DNA of 64,000 nucleotides from Amphiscolops sp. MND2022 (Eukaryota): NCBI GenBank assembly GCA_964187785.1, contig OZ076419.1, positions 9,362,001 to 9,426,000 of the forward strand, read 5' to 3'. Shown piece by piece: positions 45,770 to 59,500 of this stretch (position 1 is its first letter; each line of letters starts with the position of its first letter). The notes under the pieces were generated by a model. It saw only the letters and a program-made list of their open reading frames with translations, ran no database searches and was not told where the DNA came from. The position numbers and the translations under genes were made by a program.

Positions 45770-47063
45770 GGGTCCAGAAAATCTTGAACGAATTTTTGGT
45801 CGAAGTAACACATCGCATTTTTTGTAAGAATTTCTTACAAATAGATGCAAATTTTGCAAAAATGTTATCAGATTCTTGTAAGAAATGTTCAACACTGTAA
45901 CAAATTTGCAAAATTTGCGTTTTTCGTACAAACTCGTAAGATTCTTGTAAGAAATGCATAATTTGTAAGAAATTGGGACGAATTTTGCAAAATTTGCGAT
46001 TCTGAAAAACTAGGGTAGACTTGTCAGAAAATTCTGTGACTGTGTTGAGATTTTTCAATGTTTTGGTGTAGAACCAGGTTTGGGGCCATATGCCAGCAAG
46101 TCTGGGCCCATGCTGAGAAATGTTGAGAAGTTTGAAGTCAGCTGCTTTTCCATGGTTGCCCTAGTTGAAAAAATTCACATCTTTTGCAAAATTCTTACAA
46201 AAACTCTTGTAAGAAAATGCATTATTTGACACTAACTCTTACAAGATTCTTGCAAAATTTGCGAATTTCAGCTGAAAATGGTACAAAAAATGCATAAATT
46301 TTACAAAACTCTTACAAAATTTGCATCAATAGACACTATTTCAATTATACTATAATGCTTCAATAGCATTATGAATACGTCTCCGTTCTTCATGAAGGAC
46401 GTATCTACCAGTATTGAGAGAATTTAGAAGCGTAGTACGATGCATTTGGTTCGCAACAGTAATAGCTTCAGAACTTTCACCGCTTGGAGCTGCGGACTTA
46501 TAGTTTTCAGACTAACATTTCCGATGTGTTTTTTTTTCAATTTTCTTGCTCGTTTCCAGCATTCAGTGGGTCGCTTGAGATGATTTTTGATGCAGAGTCA
46601 CCCATTGAGTCGTAGTTTAAGCTGCTATACAAATAAGGGTGTGCTGGTTTTGCATTGGTGTAAATTAATGCATTATTGTTTTGTGGTGGGTTACCGGATT
46701 ACGTTATAGTAATTTTTGGGGTAAAATTGCATGTAAATTTTTCTTGGTCAAAATTAACCATTTTGACCCTTTTACTGGAACCCTGGGGCAGTCTGTGCAT
46801 TGTAAATGGTAAATGTGGCTGTTGTTGCTGGTAATTATTGAATTTTTGGTCGAAATAACATCAATTTTTTTGTATTAAATTTTTTACGAATAGATGCAAA
46901 TTTTGTAAAAATGTTATCAGATTCTTGTAAGAGATGTTCAACATTTAACAAATTTGCAAAATTTGCGATTTTTGTACAAACTTGTAAGATTCTTGTAAAA
47001 AATGCATCTTTGGTAAGAATTTAGGCAGAATTTTGCAAAGTTTGTGATTTCCGAAAACTAGGG
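45770..47063. repeat. Cluster of CCCTAG/CTAGGG-ended MITE-like fragments
   Basis: Ends CTAGGG at 46010-46015 and 47058-47063 and start CCCTAG at 46159; TTCTTACAA / TTGTAAGAA-rich bodies; 46159-46325 matches 16492-16665. Confidence 0.65.
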
Positions 47064-47582
47064 TGTCGAATGAGTTTTTCATCAGAAATTTTTCAAGAGA
47101 CATCTCGAACAAATTTCTGGTGAAAAAACTCATTCGACAATCATGGAAAAGCACAAACTTGCTGACTCCAAACTCGTTAATATTTCTCAACATGGGTCCA
47201 GTCCTACTGACATTTTGCCCCAAACCAGTATGCTAAAGTGGTGGATGAAAACTGATAGATTGATAACACTGTATTGTGAATCAACTGATTTCAATGAATC
47301 GACCTTGTGGCTAATAATCTACTCTTTTATCTTCTTGGGCTCGGTTGTGTTAGTCAACAGCCTGTATCTTTGTTAGTGAGGTTATGTAATAATGATGGCA
47401 TTGCTAGCGCTCTGTCACACTGGTACTACACCAAAACGTTAATAATTCAAATAATAAAATCCAAAGTATGAAATTGAACAATTTATCTTCTTTGAGATAA
47501 ATTTTCCAGTTTCATAATCTTGGTGGCAATTTTGGGAAGACTGTATTTCTGTCTGTTCATGCTTCAAAGCCTCTCGTTTCAG

Positions 47583-47812
47583 CGTCTTTTTGTTACTTGG
47601 AACCCGAACAAGGAATGTGCACTGCGTTGTTTGAGAATTACTACTACTCAGCATCGTCCGATGATTGTGAACGGTTCCAATATGGCGGCTGTCAGGGCAA
47701 TGAGAACAATTTCGTCTCCTATCGGGAGTGCATGGGTGTTTGTGGGGGGAAAATGTGGGCCAAAGGGAAAAACGAAGCCTTGAAAAAACGAAACCCCTTC
47801 TTGTACATTTAG
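47583..47812 (+). CDS. Kunitz/BPTI domain exon (likely host gene, secreted protease-inhibitor-like)
   Basis: After the acceptor CTCTCGTTTCAG (ends 47582) the frame reads SFCYLEPEQGMCTALFENYYYSASSDDCERFQYGGCQGNENNFVSYRECMGVC: all six Kunitz cysteines and the FxYGGCxGNxNNF signature. Upstream exon(s) not resolved. Confidence 0.88.
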
Positions 47813-48550
47813 CGATTAAAAAAGGCGCTGACCAAAGAATCAGGCATTTTGTGTCAGAATCTTACAGATCCTTGCAAACATCTTTTGGGATATAGTGCCT
47901 GCCTTATTCTGACAGATCTTGCCAGATCATGAATGAAAAAACTTCTTCTTGCGTGAAAATGTTTCTTTATTCCTGTAGAAATGAAAAGAATTTTGTCAAC
48001 AAATATTTTCAACTTGTAGGTTAAATATATGAGAACAGCAACGAAAGTTCTGGTTTTTAGATTAGGGGCATGTTATGTCATGAACCATTGAACACGTGGT
48101 ATTTGAACGAAAAGATACTATACTACAGCTTACCAATTGGGCCCCTGACTGTAAAAAAACTTGGGATGCCCGATCCAACACAACTAGCTATTCCACAAAT
48201 GAAGGAACAATATGGCTCCATATGATAAACTTCATGCCGTTTCATAGAAGCGTATATAACCACATGGTTTCATAACAATGCACAAAACCATAACATAATT
48301 TTTACAAATTCGATCTGGGTTTACCAGAACAACAAACTGACATTTTGTATTGATTTTCCAAAGAAGCAAAAGATTTGTATCCGACAACGCCCAGATATTT
48401 ATATAGAGTATATTTCAATTATGGTGAAAGTTTTTCGCCTAACGCAAAACTTAGATAAAGATCATTTTTAGTCAGGTATTTCGTCAATTTATCTTTGACT
48501 TGTAGGAGATGGTTGAAATTATGTACACTTACTGATTGATACAGCGTCTT

Positions 48551-48711
48551 TTTATTAGTCGGCGCTTCATGAATTGAAACGCGACTATTTTGGTGACTTT
48601 TTTCAATCCACACGAACTGACCAAAATAGTTCTACTAAAGTTCAACGAAATTTTATGGTGTCAAATTGAACCATTTGGACTAGCGAACTGAACCAAAAAA
48701 GTTTTTCCTCT
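48551..48711 (+). mobile_element. 5' part of a third HINE-like copy, interrupted by element B
   Basis: TAGTCGGCGC (48556-48565) with inverted GCGACTA (48581-48587) and ACGAACTGAC, as in copy 1. The sequence stops at the B LTR end. Confidence 0.6.
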
Positions 48712-50436
48712 TGTCATGAACATTTAGATCAGGGTAATCATTGTTTAACTCATTCTCATCCTGTTCATTTCTCAAGTTGTTCTTTGCGTTTAGGTTTCGC
48801 TGAACTTCGGAACTTAGTTCCGGTCTCTCAGACGGAACGTCCCATCCTTTTCTGGTCCCGTGTCCCGATCCGGCCATAATAACATTTTGGATCTGAGGAA
48901 GCACCTGAGTGCATATTGCATCACTTATGGCCCTTTGTATCTGGTCACTTAGCGAATTCATCATCTCGTCCATTCCTCGTGAAATGCGGGAATTTAATTC
49001 GCTTGACAACATATTTATCTCAGCACTAGAATTACCAGTAACTGAATTGCAATCACATTCGGTATTTGTCCTAGAGTTAACATTTCTCTGGTTTCCACCT
49101 ATGTTCCTATCCTCATTTTCGGATTCATTGCTTGCAAAGCTTCTAGGTCTCCTGAGCAAATTACTATTCAAACTGCCTTCTCTTTCTCTAGTGTTAAAAT
49201 GGTTCTCACCTAGCATGATATCTAAATTCTCGATGTCAGATAACATTTCCAGTCCTCTTTACTTCCTTGCCTTCTTCTGTTTTCTAGTGGTAGGCATTGA
49301 AACAGTTCCGAATTAAATAATAAATTAAACAACTCGGAAAACAACAGCGGAGCCGTTTGTTAATCAAACTTTACTAGTAGCGTCTCAAATGAATTGTGTC
49401 CCCCTCAGGCCCAGTATCAGTATATATACCCATGAGGGGGTGACATTCACATACTTCACATACTTCTAGTCAAGATTTATATCATAGGAATGTGGTTTTC
49501 ATGACATATTCCCATAGTTTACATACTTTGGGAATATTACAAGTAACATTTTGAAAGGTATTTAACATATACCGCAACTTCAAACAACACATCTAATGAA
49601 TTACTATCATTCAAGTATCAACAAATATTATTATCCAACTATTAAATTTTGACATACCCAACTTCAGAGAGTTATACCGGCACGTGCCGCCACACAAGCG
49701 AAATTGAGTTTGTTAGCGGATAAAAATACATGTAGTGTATAAAGATCACATCAACACTTGTCCTATTCGTCACAATGGCTTTAAATGTAGCATCTTCAAA
49801 ATAGAACGAGATTTGACCAAATCCAAATCATTATGTTAAACTGCCAAACAGCGCAAAAGTGGTTATTTAGCGCTGGGAACATAGCTATAATAGTATCAAT
49901 CAATTGCTAGCGTATTTAGTACATCATCATCATCTTTTCTTGAAATGGCCGAAACCGTCCATTTGACCAAAGCACAGATTAAAACAATCATCTTTAAGTC
50001 AATTGGCCTTACTCGGCCATCAACCACATAAAAGCTATACTGGTACTGCTCAATGAAACACTGTGATTGGTTGAATTATTGAGCTCAAGTGACGCGTACG
50101 GGATAGGTGTTCTGTTCACTTGAACTCGTTTCCTTTACGTTGTATAGCCACGTTGCCAATCGTTTCAACTGCTTACATTATTATACAGCACCTCTAATTC
50201 TGATTAATACCAACTCAATCTTTTGCTTGTAATCTTTAACAGACTAATACGTACTTGTATATAAATGAGAAAATTTAACAACGTCAATAAATGCAACATA
50301 TTCAAAGCAACAAAATAGTGTGAAAGTTCGTTTGATTGTTCTTTTGACTAATAAATGGGAAGTGTGCCGGAAGCTCTCTCCTGCCCTTGTGTAGTTGTCG
50401 TGATCCTAGTGCCGTCACAGGCGTCAGTCTGCGACA
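48712..50436 (-). repeat. 3' LTR of element B (1725 bp), including a gag-N-terminus ORF (ATG 49297)
   Basis: Minus strand TGTCGC...ATGACA; matches 62715-64000. Confidence 0.93.
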
Positions 50437-51133
50437 CTGCGGGTGCTAGGAAAAAAAAGCTGCCGGCGTTAAGGCCATTTGAATAGGCTTCTATTCGTAG
50501 GGCGGTGATATAAGCGGGCTCGCTTTTGGGTGTAGATCTTGTCATATACCAGTTGATCTTCTCTTGTTGTATCTGATAAGTTGACTTACTGCAAACCATG
50601 CAATTGTGACATCTCTGTCGGCTTAGGTGCGCGTACGGTAACACATTTTGTATATGATAAGAGGCGTGGAAATCGTCACTTACTGCTTGCGGTATAGGAG
50701 TGTCCAGTGATGGTCCCTTTTCATGCTCTGGTGGAGACATAGGTGATTCTAGGACCGGTAGCACGGTACTACACAGTTCAATTCTTGTCTTCTGCTTCTT
50801 GGAGGGTGCAAGGCACTTTTCCTTGTCAAAGTATTTGAAGCCCAGTTTGGGAGTAGAGGGTAGAACCATTTGCGCGTTGCTAGGTCCCGCTTCCATTTCC
50901 TCATCTAATCCTTCAGTTGTCATCACTCGTCCCGCGATGAGTATCGGACTCGATTTAACTTCCCGTTCGATCCTATTGATCAGTGCCTCCGTGTCCGTTG
51001 ACCAGTCCGAATCCCACTCACTGGATACTTCGTCCTCGTTGTCACTGGAAATGTATATCACGGAATCCGCTGATTCTTCAGAGCTCTGCTCTTCGAAATC
51101 AAAGAGCTTTTTCGACAGACTAAATCTCTGCAT
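50348..51133 (-). CDS. ORF3 of element B (261 aa), C-terminus inside U3
   Basis: Intact; aligns end to end with A ORF3 (SVIYISSD, WDSDWSTDTEAL, IEREVKSSPILIAGR, FHASYHIQ, CMVC, FFLAPAVSQ). Confidence 0.8.
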   Translation of the reverse strand: MQRFSLSKKLFDFEEQSSEESADSVIYISSDNEDEVSSEWDSDWSTDTEALINRIEREVKSSPILIAGRVMTTEGLDEEMEAGPSNAQMVLPSTPKLGFKYFDKEKCLAPSKKQKTRIELCSTVLPVLESPMSPPEHEKGPSLDTPIPQAVSDDFHASYHIQNVLPYAHLSRQRCHNCMVCSKSTYQIQQEKINWYMTRSTPKSEPAYITALRIEAYSNGLNAGSFFFLAPAVSQTDACDGTRITTTTQGQERASGTLPIY

Positions 51134-52204
51134 TATTAGTTTTTTCGCAATCTTGATAAGTGCAAGAGGTAACTGGTTTAGTCAAAACTTCGAAGCGGAA
51201 TGAAACCCCTAATCTCTAGAACTCAGCCGAGTCAGGCCTTTTCCCGGCGTCTCATTTTGGCGGTTGAAACTTCAATAAAATATCCTAATCCGACATAAAC
51301 ATTCCTGAATAGAATTTCATAACTGATCGGCAGTCTTTGATAGTTTGATGTTTACCCCCCATCAATATCAATATCATCACTAGAAGGGGTGTGAATGACG
51401 CTCGAATTATTAATATCAACTACACCAGTCTCAAGTGGGTAATTAACGGGCCGCTTGAAAACGATCAACGGCGCGCGTCACTGAGACTTCTCAAAATGGC
51501 TTCTGCCAATCAGGGCCCAGCTTCGATAAACTGATAAATGAATAACTAAAGTGGCGAAAATAATAAACTTGAATAATCCAAAATGGCGGAAGTTCTAATT
51601 AAGGGTAACAGGGATAACGGAACAAAACGGCAAACCAAGTTAAGGCAAACGGCCATAATCGGCCTTTAACTAATCAAGCTGTAAATTATGAAGAATTTCT
51701 TGTACATATCGCTGGCAGACTCCATGTACAATTCTAATAAATATGTAGATAACAATATAATATTAGTCTGGTAATTTCCTTCATCCACGAACTCCAACTT
51801 TCAGCTTACTGATTGTTATAGAATTTCAATTCTTTCTCTCATTCAGATTCTTTACACTTCCGCTTCCTTTATCATAGGCTCCTTGATAACGACAGTACCC
51901 TCTTTCGCTTCTAACTCCGCTACTGGATCCTCTCCATTTGGGTTCCCTCGTACCTTCTCTTCAACTGCAGCCGTGCCGGCCACTTTCCTCACCTACTAGG
52001 ATCCCATAAGGACTGTTGCCCCATCGACGTAGAATCGTCCGAATGTCTCATAACACAGGTTTGTCTGGTTTTCATTTTGAACTAACTCAACTTGATCAAG
52101 GTCGAATTTGGTTCTTATTCGCTTCCTGTTTCTATCGTAGGCCACGTGTTATCACGTTTCTGCTAATTTTCAAGACACTTCCGGAAGATTTCAAAAGCGG
52201 TTAA

Positions 52205-55200
52205 ATGGATTTTTTCCAAGGAAGCACACCGCCAAATTTCATCCCTTTTCGTTTAGAAAACGTTCTTTAAGAGAATGTGCAGACACCAGACCCCACAACT
52301 GTTAGGACCCCTGACAATCCTACAAACCAGGCTCCGAATACTACCGAAAGTGGACTGCAAACATCCCCTCTGAGTGTAGACAGTGAAACTGATGTCAACG
52401 TTTTCGCTGAGACGATGGTCCGAATTATGGAGAAAGTCCATTCCTCCATTCAAGAAGAACCCATCGTTGTTGATCCCGCTGATGAACAGTCATTCGAGAA
52501 CCGAGAGTCTGGGGAAAACTCTTAGACACCTGGTGTTCGCAATCGCACGAGTACGCCTGTGCCTGAATTCCAAACTGGACAAGGAAATGCAAGTTCCACG
52601 TCCCTTGAGGCCAACATCAAAATTGCTCCAACATCCAGGACCCAACTGACTGAGCTACTCCCAATCCAGATTAATGAATGCGAAGAATCAAGAGAAGAAA
52701 AGAGAACATCAGAAGAAGATACTTCCTCCTCCCTCCATGACGCCCCTCCTTTGCCTGACGGGGCAAGCGTCGTGCGGTACCTCACTGATGCGAGTGAGGG
52801 AGAAGTGTACGAGCAGAATGCAGACCCGAACGTGCCTCTCCTATACTCGGAAATTCCCCAAGGATTTGAGTCGGGAACGGAAGGAGGAGATGAATCTAGC
52901 TCCCACCAGATTGATCCAGCTGCTCCCAGCACATCTACTGGCCAAGCTCGTTTCAAGCTGCATGAGTTATCGGGGCGTAGTCGAGCTCTCTTAAAGGAGT
53001 ATTTTGAAACTGCAGAAGCATTCCGCCTTCCCCTAGGGCATCCAACAGTAGCTTTTTCAGAGGGTCAGATATACCACCTGCTGAAAATCCTCACCAACGA
53101 GACCATGAGTCTCACTTACACCACTATGGAGAAAATGATTTTGGACGCTCTGAAGAGACAGCCGACCACTAGTCAACCACGAACTGACCACTTCCGGCTG
53201 AGGACTCGTGCACAAACACCAGCACGAGGTAACTCCAGCGACTCCAGTTATGGGTCCGAGTCAGGTTCAGAGTTGCCTAGGCACTCAGTTTCTGGGCAAA
53301 TTTCGGACAATGTCACAAGTTGCGAGGAAAGTGATGGTGCCACCGAAATGGCACGTATAGCCGCCTCGTTTGCGAAGCCAACTCTTAGCGGTCCTACAAC
53401 TATTTCAAGTACTGCCAGACCTAACGGCAGTTCTTCGGACGAAGTGGGAACGAGTGGCTTTACTAGCCAGGACGCCACGCTATCAGAGATACGTGATCAA
53501 TCCCGAGTTGGGAAGTCCGTCTCACGAAGAGCCTCCTCCCAAGAAAAGGAAGAAGACTAGAAGCGCGTCCCGTAGAGGAGTACCAATGCGGGAGGAATTA
53601 TTCAGGAAGATCGGTTGGACCAGGTCTTTATTTCAGGACCTGCTGATCCAGTATACAAACCGCTTATGGTCTGGTGCCATATTCGCAAAAGGAATTTCTC
53701 CATCAAGACCAAAAGGACTCTTGAAATATTACGCCATCACAGAAGTGAGAAGCACCTGCGCCGGGACCAGAGGTGGCGTTACGAACACCTCAAGACAGTT
53801 GACCCCATAACTGGAAAGGTGCAGCACTGAGTAAGGGGCCGAGACGGAAAGCTTCTCAACAAGTTAAAACTTGCCGATGAGTTACTCAAATTTATCCACG
53901 CCGAACTTGTGGACATAGGGGAGAGGTTCCCCTTTAACGACGATTTCATGAAGGGGCACACGACAGCTTTAGTCACTCCTGAGGCCCGGGCCAAAACCCA
54001 GATCTGCATTGTGGCAGACTTTATAAAGACCCAAGGTGACCTTTCCCTCCTCCGGAATTTGTGGGCCCGAGTCAGTTCCTTCACCAACTACCAGGCTTCG
54101 TTGTGTGACTTCGACTGGGGGGAAGAGCGGCTCACCGTAAGTATCCACACCGTTGGCTCTAGCTTTGCGTCTTCGGTTAACGTCTAATTGTGCTGTTTTG
54201 TTCAGGTCTTTTCCAGCATTATTTCAATCGAGCGATGGAGGACATTGCTGAGCAAGTCACCAACGAACAGTGTTTTTCTGTCGAGTTTGAGAAGAGGAAG
54301 ACTTTCAGATTCTTGTCTGTAAGATTCTGGAAGGGGGGCAGCGAATTGTGTCGAGTGTTCGTGTGCCGAAGTGCCTTGCCGTCCACAGATCTGACTGGTG
54401 AGCTGGGGTGTCTGGCTCGTTTGCTTTTTGTCACGTCCACACGTGTCGACATTGTTGCCTGTTCCGGAGACCCCATTGGTTTGATTCAGACCCTCAATCA
54501 GCCTTCTTACTTTAACCGAGGGATCCAGACCTGCTTCCGGTTTGACAGCTTGGACCTTCTCACTTTGATGCACAAGCTGAGTTACTCTGTGTTCGGGAAG
54601 ATTGATTTCTTCTCTGTATTGCAAGCTCTGGTCATCTCCCTTGGGAATTCAAATGCCGAGTCATGGGCCCTCAAGTCCACTAATCTCAGCCGTGTTTGTA
54701 GATCACAATGTAATTGGGCTACAGGATTGTAAGGGGTCAAGATGTAATTCGGTTGCTTTTGGGCCCCATGTTTATCTGGGTTCGTTCTTTTAAGGCTATA
54801 GCTACTAGCAAGTAAACCCTGCAGGAAATTCCTGAACTCTGCCGCGAACTGATTGTCCATTGGAAACAGATCACTCAATTCTTGACGAAGTATTCCCCCA
54901 GGCAGGAAGGGCAAGGAGTGCATACCAGGGTGGGTTATCTTTCCTGACTAAATCCCCATTAGTCCCTTGTATAGGATTTGGTTTCTTTATCTCTGGGTTT
55001 GCTACCATAGGACTTTCACAACGCATTTTGTTATAGGTACAGAGTTTCGAATGGTCACTCATTTGCGACGAATTCTTCGTGGTTAAGCTGGAGTTTTCCA
55101 ACTTCTCGTCAGTGATTGTTAGTATGGCTCGTATTATTAAGAAACCCGGTTGTTTGTCCGAGTCTGGACTTAGGCTTCTGTTTCCAGATGTAACCAGCTT

Positions 55201-56349
55201 CGTAGTAAAATTGAACCAGAGACGAGATGCATCATTTTATTTGTGTGGAGAGGTATGCCGTTTCATCCACAAGCTATGCTTCCGATTCTACACTCCTGAT
55301 ACTACACCACTCGAGAATGCCTGGTTCGTCCTTCTAGCCTTCAAAACATCAGAAGGAAAATACATGGGTGTGGACGAGTTCCTTGTCCGGCAGAAGCTCA
55401 CTCAGAAAGTCAATACTGCCAGCAAACAGAAGGCGGAAAGGATTCACTCTGGTAGCGATTCTCCTCCATCTGCTATTCAAAAAACGACTGAGACAGTGAA
55501 ACAAGTTTTGCAACTAATGCATATCAATACATCGGCTACCTCTTTGATGCTATCCTTCGTCAGTCTGGGTCGAACTCCGACATCGTTAAGGGACTTGCCG
55601 CCTTTGATCCCTTTATTCTTCATAAGCGGTCAATTGAAGTTGCTCTTCGCCATTTTGAGGCTCTGTACACTACTTTCCTCCTGCGTTCTTGGGTGACCAG
55701 CGCCGATGAGCTTGCTTACCGGACTGAGTACCTTGAGCTCCTGGATTATCTCCGGAGTACATATCCTATCAATTTCGACTTCACTGAGATATCGCAAGAT
55801 CTGATTGGATTCCTGATTGGCCTCGAATTCCTCCATGACCGACCTCGCCTACTGTACTTGTTTAAACTCTGTTGCCTCTGTCTTAAATCTAGCAGCCCTA
55901 CACTACCCGCTGTCGTTATCAGGGGTATCAACACTTCAGATTTCAAAGGTCGTTTCACCGATGTGGCGCTCCCGTCCCAGAGCTACATGGTTGTGGTGCC
56001 TGATTCAGTTGCCCATTGTAGCAGTGATGATAGCCTAGCGAAGTTCTCGCTCTTATCTGTAGATTTTGGACGAGCCGCCTTCGCTAACGACTATGATCCA
56101 TGGACTTTTGTCGATTCGTTTGGGCGGTCTCGGATTTATAAGTCTCTGTTGTCGTCGTACAAGGCTGCTTCTGTTGCTCCTTCTGCCAGCGTCGGGACTG
56201 TGGAAGAGACTGCGTCATCCAGTGCCTTGAGCAAGCAGCTTGCCTTGGATATCCCCAGTAGCACGAAGAAGAGGCGTTCTGGTAGTGTTGGAACCAAGTC
56301 CACATCTTCTTCTGTAAAGAGTGTCTCCGGGCAAGGATCGTCTAAGTAG
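52205..56349 (+). pseudogene. Antisense spliced accessory gene of element B, frameshifted but with a complete C-terminus
   Basis: ATG 52205 (MDFFQGSTPPNFI); pieces 52277-52525, 52559-53560, 53615-53830, 53909-54136, 54206-54732 and 55037-56349; introns 54137-54205 and 54930-55036. Confidence 0.8.
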
Positions 56350-56572
56350 TTATTTGTACATATGTATTTATGTACACTCTGACTGTAAACTTTGTTAATT
56401 TTTTGTTGTTTCATTTATTGTCATTTTGTTTCCTTGATTTCTTGATCCCGTATTTATTATCTTTCTAAGGGATCTTTGCGTTGCCCCGTTATTTTTTCAA
56501 AAGATGTCATAGGGGCCAAAAAAATGAAAAAGATAAAGAAAAGAACTCCCATTTTCTGGGAGAATTCAATTC

Positions 56573-59500
56573 TTAGTATCTGAAGTCTTCTGAGTAGTTC
56601 GGATTAGGATTAGGCCTGAGATTATATTTCCCTCCTCTAGGGCTCAGACTTTCATTTTTGGCATCATTTTCAGATATTTCGGGCACGATAATATCATCCC
56701 CCCTGTTTGGAGAACTTTGTGCATCGTTTCCATTCGTCGATTTTCTTTTTGAAAGTTTTCCATCATTTTTCAGTCTTTCGTCCGTATTCGGCAAAAGTTT
56801 TTCTGGGTTTTCTATGTAAACGGCCGGATTCGGCCAATCAGATTCTTCATTGCTAGTCGCTTCACTAGCTTCATTCCTTTTTGTGACGTCATCATTTAAT
56901 CTTTCGTTCCGGCTCCGCGCCGCATGGTCAACGTAATTTGTCTCGTCGCTCGTGATTATGTAATCCGCTTCATTCTTGTCTATGTCACTATGAATCGGTT
57001 CTGCCGCATTCGGCTGTTCGCCATTCGGCAAGGTAGTCGGAATAGGATCGTGTCCTCGTTTCCCATGTTATAATATATAAGTTGTCTTGCGGAATGACGA
57101 TCTCTTCATCAGGCTGTAATCGCTGTTCTCGGAAATTGTCCTCAAGCGGTTGGTTGGGGACAAATTTTTTGAGGCGAATCCGATGCAATATTTGAGTCTT
57201 GTTTGTATTGATTCGTCGTACAATGTAATTTTCATTGGGTAAAACTTTTTGGACTATAAATGGTCCGACCCACCTATAATCACGAAATGGAATTTTTGAT
57301 CCTTGATGATCCGCTTTCGGCTGTAATACAAAGCAGTAATCATTCTTTGTACTTGATATATGACTGCATAATATATTGCTTTGTTTTGTCAATCAAGATT
57401 TTTTTCCGGTTTTGTATTTCTTCAGCGAATTCGGTTGTTGGGTTGACCTGCTCGTTTGGATTATTTCCAAGCTTGTGATCCGAGATATTATATGGAATTC
57501 TTCCATGAAATACTCTCGTCGGCTCACAACCGATGCTGGCATGGTAACTTGTGTTGTGATTTAGTACTGCTAATGGCAAGTATTTGTGCCATTGTCGTCG
57601 ATATTCCCCACATGCCATTTTGAGGTTTGTTTTTAGTGAGGCATGGGTCCGCTCTAATTTCCCAATTGTTTGCGGATGTTTTGTTGTTGCATATTTGAGT
57701 GTTATGCCCGAAATTTGCGTAAATTTGCGATTGTAGAAGTAAATGCAGTACCTTTGTCAGTAATAAGCGTTGTCGGTAAATATGCATGTTTGGTCATAAT
57801 GTCAATAAGCGCTTTTGCTACATTGATCGCTGACGCATCCGTAAGAGGATAGACGAACAAATATCTAGAGAACACATCAATCGCTGTTAGGACGTTTTCA
57901 AATCCTCCACTTGGGGGAAGATTCGGCAAAAGGTCAATTTGCATGGCGTCTTCAGGTCCAAGGTCCCATTCGGGCAAGTTGAGCAGCTTTGGCGTAATTG
58001 TTGCGTTAGGGACTCGCATGTCTCTTGCGCATTCTTCACACCCCTCTACCCATTTTTTGACGTGTTTAGCCATGCTAGGGTAGTAATACCTTTGTCGGAT
58101 TTCCTGCAACGTTTTTGAGATGCCAGGATAATTATGCGCCGTCCCGTGCGCTTAAGCAAGAGACTTAAGCAATTCCTGGAGTAAGTGTTGCGGGAGCAGA
58201 ATTTGATGGTATTAAACGTTCCCTGTTTCATCAAAGTATTGCCTTGTCAGGATTTCTTCCTTCAGTACAATTCGTTCCAGATTGTTTGCATAATGTCTGT
58301 ATCGAGCATCCTGTTGCAGTAGATTTTCTGAATACTCTTCATGAAGCAATTTTGCCTTCAATTGTTGTAGTACCGCATCTTTGGATTGCTCGATAATGAT
58401 CTGATTAATCTTCTCCAATCGGACTTGTATATCAGGGTGTTGCTTGACCAGATTTGTTGACAGAGTTTGCATTGTAACCGTGGGCTCATCAAAAGCTGGA
58501 TTTTTCCTGATTGCTTCTTTCCGTGCTCAGTATTGTTCCTCTGTCTCATCGTCGTCATTCGTGTAGAAGATTTGTTCTTCCTGTGACACCCCTGCTGATT
58601 GGACGTTTTTTTCGATTGGTAATGTTTGTACATCTTCGCGGATCTTCATGACTAATTTGTCCTTCGGGTCTGCTTCCAGACGGGACAAACAGTCGGCAGC
58701 TGTATTGTGTGCTCCTGGGATGTGCGCTATGACAAAACTGAACCGAATGACATAATCACACGCGTTCCACAGGGCTAGAGGTAATATTTTTGTTTGAAAG
58801 AATCGCGTGACAGCTTTGTTATCTGTAAGGATAATGACCGGTTTCAGGGCACCCAAGAAGATATGTCCAAATTCCTTGAATGCAAAAAAATGCAAGGAAA
58901 TCTTTGCCATAAATTGACGTTTTGATCCGTATGCTACAGGGGCATAGGACTTTCTGAGTGACGTAAATTTCTGATTTGGGTCATCTTCGATCAGGACTGC
59001 ATACCCGGCTGCACCAAAACTTGCGTCAGTCATTAATGCGATTTGCTTGTTCGGAATGGGTTGCTGTAGGGCCAAGTCGCAACATTTGTCTAGTGCTCTA
59101 TTGATTTCTTCAAATTGCTGGACTAATTCCTTCGATACTAGGACCTTTTCGTCACTTTTCAGCATCTTGTAGAATGGAGCAAGGCGTTCAAACGTCTTGG
59201 GAGATAATTCCTGTAGTATTTTAGGAATCCCAGGTAGCGTTGTAGAGCCTTTTTCGACTTCGGAAATTTGGTCTTTTCCAGAAAGTTTTGCACATTCTGT
59301 TTCTGGGGCTTGACGCCTTGTGGGGTGATAGTCCGTCCGAGAAAATCAATTTCTTTTGCACCGAAGTGACATTTGTGCATTGTCAACTTAAGGCCAGCTT
59401 CTTGAATGCATTTGAACGTTGCTCTTAGGTTAGCTATGAGGTGGTCAGCGTCGTTGGCTGCGATGCCAATATCGTCCACATACTGGTCACATTGATCCGC

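Noticed and set aside
48909-49316. 135-aa ORFs antisense to gag (also 62912-63319) and other ORFs overlapping gag/pol
   Set aside because: Shadow frames of real coding sequence, duplicated by the LTRs, with no independent conservation in element A.
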